From the NCBI RefSeq assembly GCF_036365525.1, contig NC_090383.1, positions 3,207,112-3,271,111 on the forward strand: a stretch of DNA of 64,000 nt, given 5' to 3'. Below the pieces are notes generated by a model. It had not been told where the DNA came from, ran no database searches, and worked only from the letters and a program-made list of their open reading frames with translations. Below, one piece after another: positions 10,840 to 22,865 of this stretch. The DNA comes from Heterodontus francisci. Taxonomy: Eukaryota. How positions within the stretch are numbered: the first letter of the stretch is position 1; the number at the start of each line of letters is the position of its first letter. A program made the position numbers and the translations under genes.

Positions 10840-11940
10840 TTAAGTTGCTGGCCATTTTCTCTTCTGGTGTAGGACGTCTTCCAATTACTTGTATTGAATT
10901 TTATCTGCCACAGTTCTACTCACTTTAAGTGTTGACTTAGACTCCCTGTAGTTCTTCAGCTGCTTCATCAGTCTCCATTACCTAGCAAGCACCCACCACC
11001 CTACCCATCCCACATCCCCCCACCCACCGCCCCCAACCTCCACCCCACAATGCCCAGTTTAGTAACACTTGTGAATTTGGCAATTTACATTTGAGTTGTT
11101 GAATCTGGGTCAATCACATCAATCAGCACCAATCCCTGGGGCACTCCATGCAGAACATATCCCCAGCCTGACGTCACTCTCCTGAATAGTACCCACCGCT
11201 GTCTCTCATTCAGCCAGTTCTTTGTCCATATGCAAGTTCTTTGTCCATATGCATTCAGCTTGTGTATCATGTGGAACTTTATTGAAGAATTTCCAGAAGT
11301 CTGGATATACCATATCATTGGTCTTTTCAATATCCACTTGGGATGTATCCTTCATAGAGCATGGCTACCCGACCCGAACGCGACCGGGCCTGCGACATGT
11401 GTCAGGTTCGGGTCGGGTCGGCTCGCTCATCCGGGTCCGGCATTCGGGGTCGGGTCGGGCAGGGTCGGACACAGTGACAGCCAGGACGTCAAGGCGAGAA
11501 ACATGCATTTGGACTCTGTACTAGTCTGCAGTGAGTGATTCCACCCATTGTAGAGCACAACCTCTTCAATAAAGTTGATTATATTCCAGTGGTCGGGTCG
11601 GGTTGAGTCGGGTCGGGCACAGGAAAAAGTCAAAGGACTCGGGCTCGGTCGGGCTCGGGTCGGATGTGATTCTGTCGAGCTCAGGTCGGGTTTCATTTGC
11701 AGACCCGAGCAGGCCTTTAATCCTTCCTCTAAACAGACAAGGAGGTTGGGCAGGCATAGTGTGGCCCCTTTGAAAGCACATTGCCTGCCATGTACTAGAT
11801 TAGTTTCATATAGATATGTGCCAACTTTGTCCCTAATGATTCCATTACTTTGACACTTAATGATGAAAAAACAGGGTCTGTAGTTGCCCAGGCTTGTGAT
11901 ACTGCCTTTGTTGAAACTAGGTACCATATTGACTGCCATT
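10840..11940 (-). mobile_element. Old CR1 LINE RT fragment, split by a hAT MITE
   Basis: KGSITSLGNYRP, WTKNWLNERQRWV and GVPQGLVL remnants on either side of 11355-11719. Confidence 0.7.
11355..11719. mobile_element. hAT-type MITE
   Basis: Imperfect TIRs TAGAGCATGGCT / AGCAGGCCTTTA; TSD ATCCTTCA / ATCCTTCC (7/8); subterminal GGGTC/ACCCG repeats; homologous to 46389-46859. Confidence 0.85.
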
Positions 11941-12724
11941 CCAAATTAACTAAGATCTTCTTTTAATTGCAGCAGTATACATACGCATTGCATAAAAAAG
12001 TCACATGTGTTGTAATTGCTTGTTTTGTGTATGTGTCATGACCATTATTACAGATACCTGCATTCGACTGCATTTCATGGCAACAAGGAGCCATTTTGAC
12101 TATTTGCATTTTTGTTTGTAATGTTGAAAGCCTTATTCAGAATGAGGGGAGGTTTGAAACATATCTGAAGCAACCATATCCCTTTGATGTGCATTCATTA
12201 CATTGATGCAAATAAGCAGGATTCACTGCAGGTCATAAATACCATTATATATGTAAGTACTGTGTTTTTTGGTGCAAAAGATATTTCTTACCGAAAGTGT
12301 CATGATTTTTGGAAGTACTCTTGCGATTTTCTAAAAATTCCTAAACAAATTGAAACAATTAAGATCCGCCAAATATAAAATAAACAGAAAAATCATAACA
12401 TGTGCGGAATACTATTCTCACAACCAACTGATAAAAATTTCAAGTGTAGATTAGGATGTATTTGGACAATTTGCTGAAAAGCTAATGATTTGTCATTTCA
12501 TTTCCCATCTGGATCCATATAGGAATGCTGTTAAAACAAATGTGCAGCAACTAAATTTGACAAGTGTACATAATTACATAAATTTATAATGTGTATATAT
12601 AAGTGCTTTGAAAGTCAGGCACTAGAGTGAGAATCCAGAATATGCCATATACAGACAGATTTGCTCAATAATTATAATAAATGCAGGAGTATTATCATCC
12701 ATTACATAGCATTAAGTTGGACTG

Positions 12725-13240
12725 CCCCTTGGTTTAAAGTATAATGGTACTGAGTTATGTAATACTGAGCCATATAGAGCAGGAAAGTTGCAGGTTCAAT
12801 CCCTAATAGAAGGATATGCTGATAGGATTATATAAAAAGAGTTGGGAGGAGACTCAATTGGAGGATAAACGCTGCCACAGACCAGTTGGGTGGATTGGCC
12901 TGTTTCTGTGCTATCGACTCCATGTAATTCTACTGGTCATAGCCATGGCAATGGTGAAGGTGCTACAACTGACTTTGGTATTTCTGTGCTAGAGATGGTT
13001 AAAACGATTAGCCATATTACTTACCCCTGACTGCTATCCTGTGCTTCCTAGCAGAGAGTGTATGCGTATGGGTGTTGGGAAACAATCAGACAAGGCTGTG
13101 ATTCCTCTCCTATCGGTCAAGAGCCTGGTCATACTCACATGAAGAATAGACACTAAGTGAGGTACTGAAGGGGTACTGGCGGCAATGGAGCTGGGCCCCA
13201 CTATTCCTCAATACCTTGAGAAGATGGGGAAAAATGTTTT
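12725..13240 (+). mobile_element. Ancient LF-SINE-like element interrupted by a CR1 tail (about 12805-12930)
   Basis: Degenerate tRNA head (caggttcaatccc) and core motif cctgactgctatcc...ggctgtgattcc, shared with 28865-29240 and 42660-42930. Confidence 0.5.
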
Positions 13241-13259
13241 AGATTTAAAAATTGATTTA

Positions 13260-14040
13260 TTTATGTATCAGAGAGCACCCACGTTGAACCTTAAACAAGA
13301 CAGAATATTTTCTAAATAGTGAAAAGCAAGGAACTGTGAAGGAACAGAGTGATTTAGGGGTCCATGCACAGAAATCACTAAAAGCTAGTGGGCAGGTACA
13401 AAAAATAACTAAAGAGGCAAATGGAATGTTGCCTTTTATTTCAAGGGGGTTGGAATACAAAACTACGTTACAGTTATATAAAGCTCGAGTCAGGCCATAT
13501 CTGGAGTGCTGAGTTCTGGGCACTGCACCTCAGGAAGGATATACTGGCCTTGGAATGAATGCAGCGCAGATTCACCAGAATGATAGAGGGGCTAAATGGG
13601 TTAAATTACGAGGAAAGGTTGCAAAGACTAGGTTTGTATTCCCTTGTGTATAGAGGATTAAGGGGAGATCTATTTGAGGTATTTTGAGAAGACTAAAAGG
13701 AGTTGATAGAGTAGACAGAGAGAAAGTATTTCTAATCGTGGTAGTGTCCAAAACAAGGAGGCATAACCTTAAAATTAGAGCAGGGCTGTTCAGGGATGAT
13801 GTCAGGAACCATTTGCTCACACAAAGGGTAGTGCAAATCTGGAACTCTCTCCCCAAAAATGCTGTTAAGTCTGGGGTCAATTGGAAATTATGAAACTGAG
13901 ATTGAGAGATTTTTGTTAGGTAAGTGATTATGGAACCAAGGTGAGTAAATTGAGTTAAGATACAGGTCATCCAAGATCTAACTGGATGGCGGAACAGGCT
14001 TGAGAAGTTGAATAGCCTCCTCCTGTTCCTATGTTCTTAG
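13260..14040 (+). mobile_element. CR1 LINE 3' fragment
   Basis: LYKARVRPYLEC...LKGVDRVDREK...RNHLLTQRVVQIWNSLP and CR1 tail. Confidence 0.85.
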
Positions 14041-14269
14041 TTGTGTACAAATGCACAATTGAGCATGAAAGCTGCAGCATGATGATTTTTATTAGATCAT
14101 CAATGGTATGGAAGTTCAAATATTAGCTGGGACTTGAAATTAAACTTTCTGAGTTGCATTTGGACAAAATTTTAACCTTTCGCAATTGTTCCAATTCTAC
14201 AAACTTGACCTGAAAACATCCTATGCAGGAATGTCAATCACAGGTACTTATTAACTGTCGTTTGATCAC

Positions 14270-14708
14270 CTTGGCCATGTGAGCCGCATGAAAGATGGCA
14301 GGATCCCCAAGGACACATTGTACAGCGAGCTCGTCACTGGTATCAGACCCACCAGCCGTCCATGTCTCCGCTTTAAAGACGTCTGCAAACGCGACATGAA
14401 GTCCTGTGACATTGATCACAAGTCGTGGGAGTCAGTTGCCAGCGATCACCAGAGCTGGCGGGCAGCCATAAAGGCGGGGCTAAAGTGTGGCGAGTCAAAG
14501 AGACTTAGCAGTTGGCAGGAAAAAGGACAGAAGCGCAAGGAAAGAACCAACTATGTAACAGCCCCGGCAACCAATTTTATCTGCAGCACCTGTGTAAGAG
14601 TCTGTCACTCTAGAATTGGCCTTTATAGCCACTCCAGGTGCTGCTTCACAAACCACTGACCCCTCCAGGCACTTACCCATTGTCTCTCGAGAAAAGGAGG
14701 CCAAAGAA
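14270..14708 (+). mobile_element. 5'-truncated RTE-clade LINE
   Basis: GHVSRMKDGRIPKDTLYSEL...C-terminal CSTC..HSR zinc motif; flanked by direct repeat GATCACCT (14264-14271 / 14709-14716) as TSD. Confidence 0.9.
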
Positions 14709-15389
14709 GATCACCTCATAGGCAGCCAAGCTTTCCTCAGTCATCATGTCACTGTTGTCTTCAATACTGAATCCCTGTTCTTTGGCAAAGGCTACTGCTC
14801 CTTCACCAACTAGCATGTTGTGTGTATTCTTATCATCACCATACGAGCCACTGTCAGTCGGATACCAACACTATCGCAAAACACATTGAAAAAAATAAAA
14901 CTGAATTATAAATGAAACTTGCTATGTCAACTTTAAGCAATTTGTGTATTTCTTCAGTTCCACCTAAGCACTCTAACCCTGAACAGCTGCACAAACCTCA
15001 GACTGCCATTTCCACAAAGCCAAAAATGCTGAGTTATAATTGGTGCAGACTTGAAGTTCTTCAATACTGATCACATTTGATTGACTTGAATTACTTATCT
15101 GCATGCACTATATTAAGATCTCAACTCCTGGAACAATCAAATGGCTGGGAACCCTAAATGTGGGGACATTTGGGGAAATGGCCACAGTAATTCAAACGTT
15201 TTCATAAAAAAGCAATTGTGCAACAAAGACAATGAACGAACCGTTAATACTATGCAAGGCCACATCAAATACAATATTCTAGGTTAAAGACACAAATGTT
15301 ACTAGTCAACAATGCACGTGAAGCAATCAGCTCAGACAAAACACAATATTAGACAAACATAAGACTTCAGATCAGTTTCAAATATCTCC

Positions 15390-16860
15390 TCACTCTTGGC
15401 TGTCATCACCCATCTCCTCAAAACACCAACCCTTAACCTTGCAAACTATTATCCCACATCCAACCTCCCTTTCCTCACCTCCCAAAACCATTCCCATCTT
15501 TCCCGGAACTCCATGTTAAAATCCCTCCAATCAGAGTTCCGCCCCGCCACAGGACCGAAACAGCTATCAAAGTCATAAATGACATCCTATGTGACTGCAA
15601 CAAAGGTAAATGTTCCCTCCTCCTCCTTCTTTACTTGTCTGCAGCTTTTGACACGGTTGACCACACCATCCTCCTCCAAAGCCTCTCCACTGTTGTCCAG
15701 CTGGGTGGGACTGCTCTCACCCGGTTCCATTCTTATCTATCTAATTGTAGCCAAAGAATCACTTGTAATGGCTTCTCTTCCTGCTCCCGCACCGTTACCT
15801 CTGGTGTCCCCCAAGGATCTATCGTTGTCCCCCTCCTATTTCTCATCTATATGCTGCCCCTCGGGGATGTCATCCAAAAGCACAGCATTAGTTTTCACAT
15901 GTACGCTGATAACACTCAGCTCGAACTCACCACCACCTCTCTCAAGTCCTCCACTGTTGCTAAACTATCAGACTGCTTATCTGACATCCAGTACTGGATG
16001 AGCAGAAATTTTCTCCAATAAAATATTGGGAAGACTGAAGCCATTGTTTTCAGTCCCCGTTCCAAATTCTGTTCCCTAGCTACCAACTCCATCCCTCTCC
16101 TTGGCAACAGTATGAGATTAAGCCAGGCTGTACGCAACCTTGGTGTTACATTTGACCCTGAGATGAGCTTCCGACCTCATATTCATGCCACCACTAAGAC
16201 TGCCTATTTCCACCTCTGTAACATCTGCTGCAACATCTCTGTAATATCTGTAGCAGCTCATCTGCTGCTGAAACCCTCAATTATGCCTTCGTTACCTCTA
16301 GACTTGACTATTTCAATGTACTCCTAGCTGGTCACCCACATTCTAATCGCCATAAACTTGAGGTCATCCAAAACTGTGGTGCCTGTGTCTTAATTTGCAC
16401 CAAGTCCCGTTCCCCTATCAACCCTGTGCTCACTGACCTACATTTGCTCCCAGTCAAGTAACGTCTTTATTTTACAATTCTCACCTTGTTTTCAAATCCC
16501 TCCATGGCCTCACCCCTCCCTATCTCTGTAATCTCGTCCAGCCCCACAACCCTCCAAGATGTCTGCCCTCCTTCAATTCTGGCCTCTTGTGCACCCTGAT
16601 TTTAATCACTCCACTATTGGTGGCCCGCCTTCAGTTGCCTAGGCCCTAAGCTCTGGAATTCCGTCCCTACACCTCTCTGCCTTTTCACCTTGCTTTCCTC
16701 CTTTAAGACACTCCTTAAAACCTACCTCATTGAGCACACTCTGACCTAATATCTCTTATTGTGTCTCAGTGTCATACTTTGTTTTATAATCGCTCCTGTG
16801 AAGCACCTTGGGACATTGTATTATGTTAAAGGTGCTATATAAATATACATTGTTGTTGTT
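15390..16860 (+). mobile_element. L2-clade LINE RT and 3' end
   Basis: LSAAFDTVDH, GVPQGSIVVPLLF, FHMYADNTQL; ends in a (TTG)n tail. Confidence 0.9.
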
Positions 16861-17294
16861 AAATTCCTACAGGAATCTCTGATAGTTTGGTTTATAGACC
16901 AGGGGGTTACAATACAGAAGGAGGCCACTGGCTATTCAGCCCATCTTTCCACGATTCTAAATTATCCATGATGTAAGGTGAACAATTCTGATGAAAATGG
17001 GAACACCCACTAATTGAAATAGTGACAACAATAAACAACCAGCACATACCCAGCCATGGCTGCTACAGCTTCAAAGTGGCCAGGAAGCCCTTCCATGATT
17101 GCAGCATCACACTGAACAACTCCAGCTTCGTTTGGGATGCCCCCTCGGCCCACCACATAACAGCCTGTCTCCTTGTCATTCTCTAGTTCTGTAAGTTGAA
17201 ACAGAAAGAAACTTTAATTTATTAATATGCTTTACCTCAGTTGGAGATGTTACCTTGAAATACTGTCAAAAATCTGCAACACTCTGGAGTGGCA

Positions 17295-17755
17295 TGGTAG
17301 GAACAGAGAAACAGGAGTAGGCTGTTCAGCCTCTAGAGCCTGTTTTGCCTGGTAGATCTCTCTGGACATCTAATGTACTGTGCCAAGAAGTGGGAACTGA
17401 AATATGAAGGGTTTAGATAGAGTAAATAAAGAGAAACTCTTTCCAATGGGTGAAGTGTCAATAAACAGAGGGAACAGAGTTAAAGTAATTGGCAAAATAA
17501 TCAGAGGCGATATGAGGAAGAAGTTTTTTTACACAACGAGTGATTAAGATTTGGAATGTGCTGCCTGATAAGGTGCTGGATACAGATTCAATAGTAGCCT
17601 TCAAAAGGAATTGGATAAACACTTGATGGAGGAAAAAATACAGAGATACTGGATAAGAGCAGAGAAGTGGGACTAACTCGACTGCTCTTTGAAAGAGCCT
17701 TCACAGACTTGATGGGCTGAAAGGCCTCCTTCTGAGCTGTACTATTATATGATGC
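17295..17755 (+). mobile_element. CR1 LINE 3' fragments
   Basis: atatgaagggtttagatagagta...RKKFFTQRVIKIWNVLP and CR1 tail; short inverted tail piece at the left. Confidence 0.7.
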
Positions 17756-18009
17756 TGATTATCTTTTTAAAGGTAAAGATCAGTTGAACAGATCCATTAA
17801 GTTCCAGTATTCTGAGGAGGACACAATGGCTTCCCGTATTGTTATTGTACTGCTGGAGCTACAAGCTGCCTGAAGTCCCCACATTCTGTCTGCCTCCTGT
17901 CGTTGTGAACAGTGTAAACAGCTGATTGAAGCTGCCTGAAGTCTCCATCAGCTGTTCGCAGTGTTTACAATTACAGGAAGCAGTCGGAAAGTGGAGATTA
18001 CAGGCAGCT

Positions 18010-18423
18010 TCGGGAGTTATTTCGTTCCTATAACCTGGCCATGCACAAATGATCCAGAGACATGAGTTCAAATTCCATCTCAGCAGCTGGGGAATCAAGT
18101 AAATCTAGAATTTATAAAAAAACTAGTCTCAGTAAAAGTGACCATGTAACTATCAGAATGTCATAAACACCCACCTGGTTCACTAACGTTCTTCAGGGAA
18201 GGAAATCTGCCGTCCTTAACCAGTCTGGTCTGTATGGTACTCCTGTCTCACAGCAATGTGTGTGACTCTTAACTGCCCTGTGAAATGGCCTAGCAAGCCA
18301 CTCAGTTGCACTGAAGAAGGCAACTCACCACCACCTTCTCAAGGGTAATTAGGAATGGGCAATAAATGCTGACCTTGCCAGCGATGCCCACATCCCAAGA
18401 GTGATTTTAAAAAGAAAAAAAAG
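18010..18423 (+). mobile_element. tRNA-headed SINE (same family as 4335-4985)
   Basis: ccagagacatgagttcaaattcc head, agggaaggaaatctgccgtcc body, LINE-type tail and A-rich end. Confidence 0.75.
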
Positions 18424-19185
18424 TCATTTGGTAGTACAGAACTTGAGTATTGCTGAAAACACAGACATTTTGTTGAAGCTTTTCGTCTTGCACTCATCAG
18501 GACAACTCACAAGAATACCAATGTAAGGGAAAGCAACAAATTTATACTGTATGAGAAGAGAGCGCTGATTGGTTAGCAAGTGGACTCTGATTGGTAGAGG
18601 CGTTGCCATGGAGAATGCACCAGTAAATGGTGACTGACAGTTAACTGCCAAGCTTTGTTTGAAGTTTACACCAGGCAGCTTGACTCTGATTGGTCAAGGC
18701 ATTGCCCTGAGGAATGAACCAGCGAATGTCTGTCACTTATTTTCTTTAGCTGAAACAGGCGCAATGTGTGTACATGTTCTTTCTGTCTGCAAAGATCAGG
18801 GCCCTGTGTATTAATATATGTAGCTTCCAGTACACGCAAATGCGCCACACTGCGAGCCAACTGACAATCTTAAATTGGTTGTCAGTGTAATTCTTAGCAC
18901 ACTGAGGATTATTTAGCAAATGTTGTCCAATCACAGAATCACATCTAATGTTGGACACAGTGTTTTGAGTTTTGCGAGCATGGGCTGGTTGGGTACCTTG
19001 CCCGTTGTGAACAGCAGAAGGGACATGCTGTTTGATACGAACTGCCAGGCTTTGGGACGAATGGCCTATATACATAGCAGCACACTGGCATTGAAATTCA
19101 TATACCACATTAGTCATTTATGTGATAGGCAAAACGTGTAGTGTTCACCACTAACAGGATGCTGCTGTCAAGCCAAAAAGACGTT
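18424..19185 (-). mobile_element. Penelope-like element 3' fragment (GIY-YIG endonuclease and pLTR)
   Basis: NVVYEFQCQCAAMYIGHSSQSLAVRIKQH...HLLNNPQC...LEATYI; hammerhead motif in the terminal region. Confidence 0.88.
18470..18505 (-). ncRNA. Minimal type I hammerhead ribozyme motif (PLE-associated)
   Basis: Minus strand: ttgtc CTGATGA gtgcaagac GAAA agct TC aacaa. Conserved boxes, palindromic AAGCTT stem III, stem I ttgt(c)/(a)acaa. Confidence 0.75.
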
Positions 19186-20710
19186 ATAGAGTGTTGAAAG
19201 AGATGGCTACAGAGATAGTGGATGCATTGGTGATCATCTTTCAAAATTCTATAAATTCTGCAACGGTGCCTGCAGATTGGAAGGTTGCAAATGTAATCCC
19301 AGTGTTTAAGAAAGGAGGGAGAGAGAAAACGGGGAACTACAGACCTGCTAGCCTGATCTCGGTAGTAAGGAAAATACTAGAATCTATTCTAAAGGATGTG
19401 ATTACTGGACACTTAGAAAATGATGGTCTGATTGGGCAGAGTCAACATGGATTTATGAAGGGGAAATCGTGTTTGACAAACTTGTTCAGGTTTTTTGAGG
19501 ATGTTACTAACAGAATGGATAAGGGGAACCAGTTGATGTGGTGTATTTGGACTTTCAGAAGGCTCCTGATAAAGTTCCACATAGGAGGTTACTAAGCAAA
19601 ATTAAAGCGCATGGGATTGGGGTTAATATACAAGCATGGATTGAGTAACAGGCAGAAAACAGAGAGTAGGAATAAATGGGTAATTCTCAGGTTCACAGGC
19701 TGTGATCAGTGGGGTAGTGCAAGGATCAGTACTTGGGCCCCAGCTATTCACAATATATTTCAATGATTTGGATGTGGGGAGCAATTGTAGTTCCAAGTTT
19801 GCGGATGGCACAAAATTTGGTAGGAATGTGAGTTGTGAGGAGGATACAAAGAAGCTTCAAGGGGATTTGGACAGGCTGAGTGAGTAGGCAAGAACATGGC
19901 AGATGGAATTTAATATGGATACGTGTGAGGTTATCTATTTTGGCAGGAGGAACAGAGGTGCAGGGTATTTCTTAAATGGTGAGAGATTGTAAAGTGTTGA
20001 TGTCCAAAGGGACTTAGGTGTCCTTGTTCATAGTCACTAAAAGCTAGCATGCAGGTGCAGCAAGCAATCAGGAAGGCAATGGTATGTTAGCTTTTATCAC
20101 AAGAGGTATTGAGTACAGGAGCATAGAAGTCTTGTTTCATTTGTTTAGAGCATTGGTGAGGCCACACCTGGAACAGTGCGCGCAGTTCTGGCTCCTCTGC
20201 CTGAGGAAGGATATACTTGCCATAGAGGGAGTGCAGCAGAGGTTTACCAGACCGATTCCTGGGATGGTGGGATTATCCTATGAGGACAGATTGAGGAGAC
20301 TGAGCCTGTATTCTCTGGAGTTTACAAGAATGAGAGGCGATCTTATAGATACTTACAAAATTCTTAAAGGGATAGACAGGGTAGATGTTTCCCCTGGTTG
20401 TGGGAGTCTAGAACCAGGGGACACAATCTCAGAATAAAGGGCAAGCCATGTAGGACTGCGATAAGGAGGAATGTCTTCACTCAGAGGGTGGTGAATCTTT
20501 GGAATTCTCTTCCCCAGAGGGTAGTGGAAGCTCAGTCACTGAGTAAGTTCAAGACAGAGGTCGTTAGATTTCTAGTTGCTAATGACATCAAGGGATATGG
20601 GGATAGAGTGGGAATATGGCGTTGAGGTAGACCATCAGCCATGATCTAGAATGACAGAGTAGGCTCAAAGGGTTGAATGGCCTATTCCTGCTCGTATATT
20701 CCGATGTGTG
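19186..20710 (+). mobile_element. CR1 LINE RT region to 3' end (degenerate)
   Basis: VPADWKVANVIPVFKKG..GNYRP, QHGFMKGKSCLTNL, SGVVQGSVLGP, KFADGTK, FTQRVVNLWNSLP. Confidence 0.93.
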
Positions 20711-21789
20711 GAGTACAAATACTGGCATAGACTGGTTGGGCCAATAGCCTGTTTCTGTGCTGCAGATTCAGTGTAATCCTGAGTTAACTGGCAGACAGAT
20801 TACAGCAGCACAAAATATGCTGAGGACCTCCTGTATTTTCAGAGCTTTTTATGTCTTCATTTATGAGGAAGACATGAATTGATGGGGAACTCTTAACCCA
20901 AGCATCCTTTGGCCACAATCTATCTGCCAGATTATTTACGATGTGGTAATTGACATGCACATACATACAGGTTTTCTTTTTAGGTCGCTAACACCACACA
21001 ACTGTTTATCAAATTGCCAAAAATACTGCTCTGCAATAGCTACTGAAAGGTACGTAGGTTAATGGTGATTAAGTCAAATTTTACTTTTATTGCTTTAGAT
21101 TCCACCATTTTTACTGGTGTTTTGTGTGAATTCCACAATTCTGCCCATTTTTTCATGAAAATGTAAATGAATGGCTTTGTCCAAAACCTAGCCTACTGCC
21201 TTCTGCATGTTATTCCCTCATCAAACTGCTGTAATAGTAGGATGAAAATTATAGCTCAGTTCAATCTTCATACAACTTGGAAGAAAGCACAAGAGTGACT
21301 GAGTGCAACGCTAAACAGTATCAGCAGAGAAAACATACCTTTTCTTCCAACATTCACATTATTCAGATCCTTTTTTAAAAATAATTCTTAAACAGAATAA
21401 AGAGCTAATGGACCATTCCGTTGAGTTATAAACACATCAGAAACAGATTTTCCCCCACTGAACCATGATAAACTTTCTTTTTAGCAAATTAATTCCAATC
21501 AAAGCCCTTAATAAGCTAACCATAAAGAAACACCCATGTGATTTTTCTGAGGTGTATAATGTTCTTCTATGTTGTTATATTTGGAAGGTGTTTTTAAAAT
21601 CATTGTAACCTACTGGATGGTGGGCAATGCAGAGATCTGAGATGTGCTGCAGTGGATGAACCTGTTTTCCATCAGGATTTGGGAATATACCTCCAGAAAC
21701 ATCGTCAGTCAGCAGTTATCCACAGAGAGCGCCAGCCTACCAGTGCCATCTACAGGCACAACTGTATTTTCAAAAAATTCATTCATGAG

Positions 21790-22190
21790 ATGCAGCCATC
21801 GCAGGCAAGATTGTGAATCCCTAATTTCCCTTGAGAAGGTGGTGGATAGCCACTTTCTTGAATAGAACTGAGTGACTTCTTGCTACGCCATTTCAGAGGG
21901 CAGTTAAAAATAGACCACATTGTTGTAGCTCTGGAGTCACACATAGACCAGACCATATAAGGATGGCAGATTTCCTGCCCGAAAGGACATTCACGAGCCT
22001 GATGGATTTATATGATAATCTGGTAGTTTCGTGGTCACTGTTACTGATCCTAACTTTTTATTCCAATTAACTAATTAATCACATTTAAATTTCCCAGCTA
22101 ACATGGTGAGATTCTGAACTCATGTCTCTGGTTCATTAGCCAGGCCTCTGCAATACTAGCCCACCAACAAAATTATGGTGCTACTGTTCC
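21790..22190 (-). mobile_element. tRNA-headed SINE (family of 4335/18010), reverse orientation
   Basis: Reverse complement of the same head (gaactcatgtctctgg) and body. Confidence 0.7.
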
Positions 22191-22644
22191 CCTCCACAAA
22201 ACACCATCTGCAGCAAGCATTGCACAGAGGGCCAGCCACTCAGTATGTAGCAAAACGTCTGCAAGGTTGTGCTCACAGATTCGTAATCAGTAACTTTGAC
22301 AAACTTCATTTATACTGCTGCGAGCACACTCTCTGCTCTGGTGCACATGGATCTCAAACAGGATTTGAAAACAAACCTCCCCCGAGCACACACATTTCCC
22401 ATGTCTTGCTTTGTAACAGTTCTGGACAAATACCATTTTTCCAATTTCCCCTTGCCTAAGTGGGCTGTTACTTGCTTCTGCATGGTTCGTGTCCACGGTA
22501 CAGCAGACTGGGCAAATTGAAAAGTGCTGAAGTACTAAACATGCTGCAAAACTACATTGGACGCTGATGTGCAGTGTAGCCTCGCAGTTGGCAGCATTGG
22601 TTTGATTCACTTCATGTCATTAAGCATCTGACTGAATTTCTGTA

Positions 22645-22862
22645 CGGTACACTACAGTGACTAACCCTTCCAAAGTATTTCATTGGTTGTAAAGTGCTTT
22701 GGGACATCCTGAGGTCATGAAATGCACTATATGAATGTAAGTCTTTCTTTTACATCACCAGGAATGCCGTTTGGAGTGCAGTGAGATTAATTAAAAGTCT
22801 GCTTAAATAAAGAAAAAATTGCATTTATGTAGCATATTTCATGATCTCAGCGATGTCCCTTG
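22645..22862. mobile_element. Two Deu-SINE/L2-type 3' tail fragments in inverted orientation
   Basis: aaagtgctttgggacatcctgaggtcatgaaa (+) and ttgcatttatgtagcatatttcatgatctcag (-). Confidence 0.65.
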
Positions 22863-22865
22863 TTT

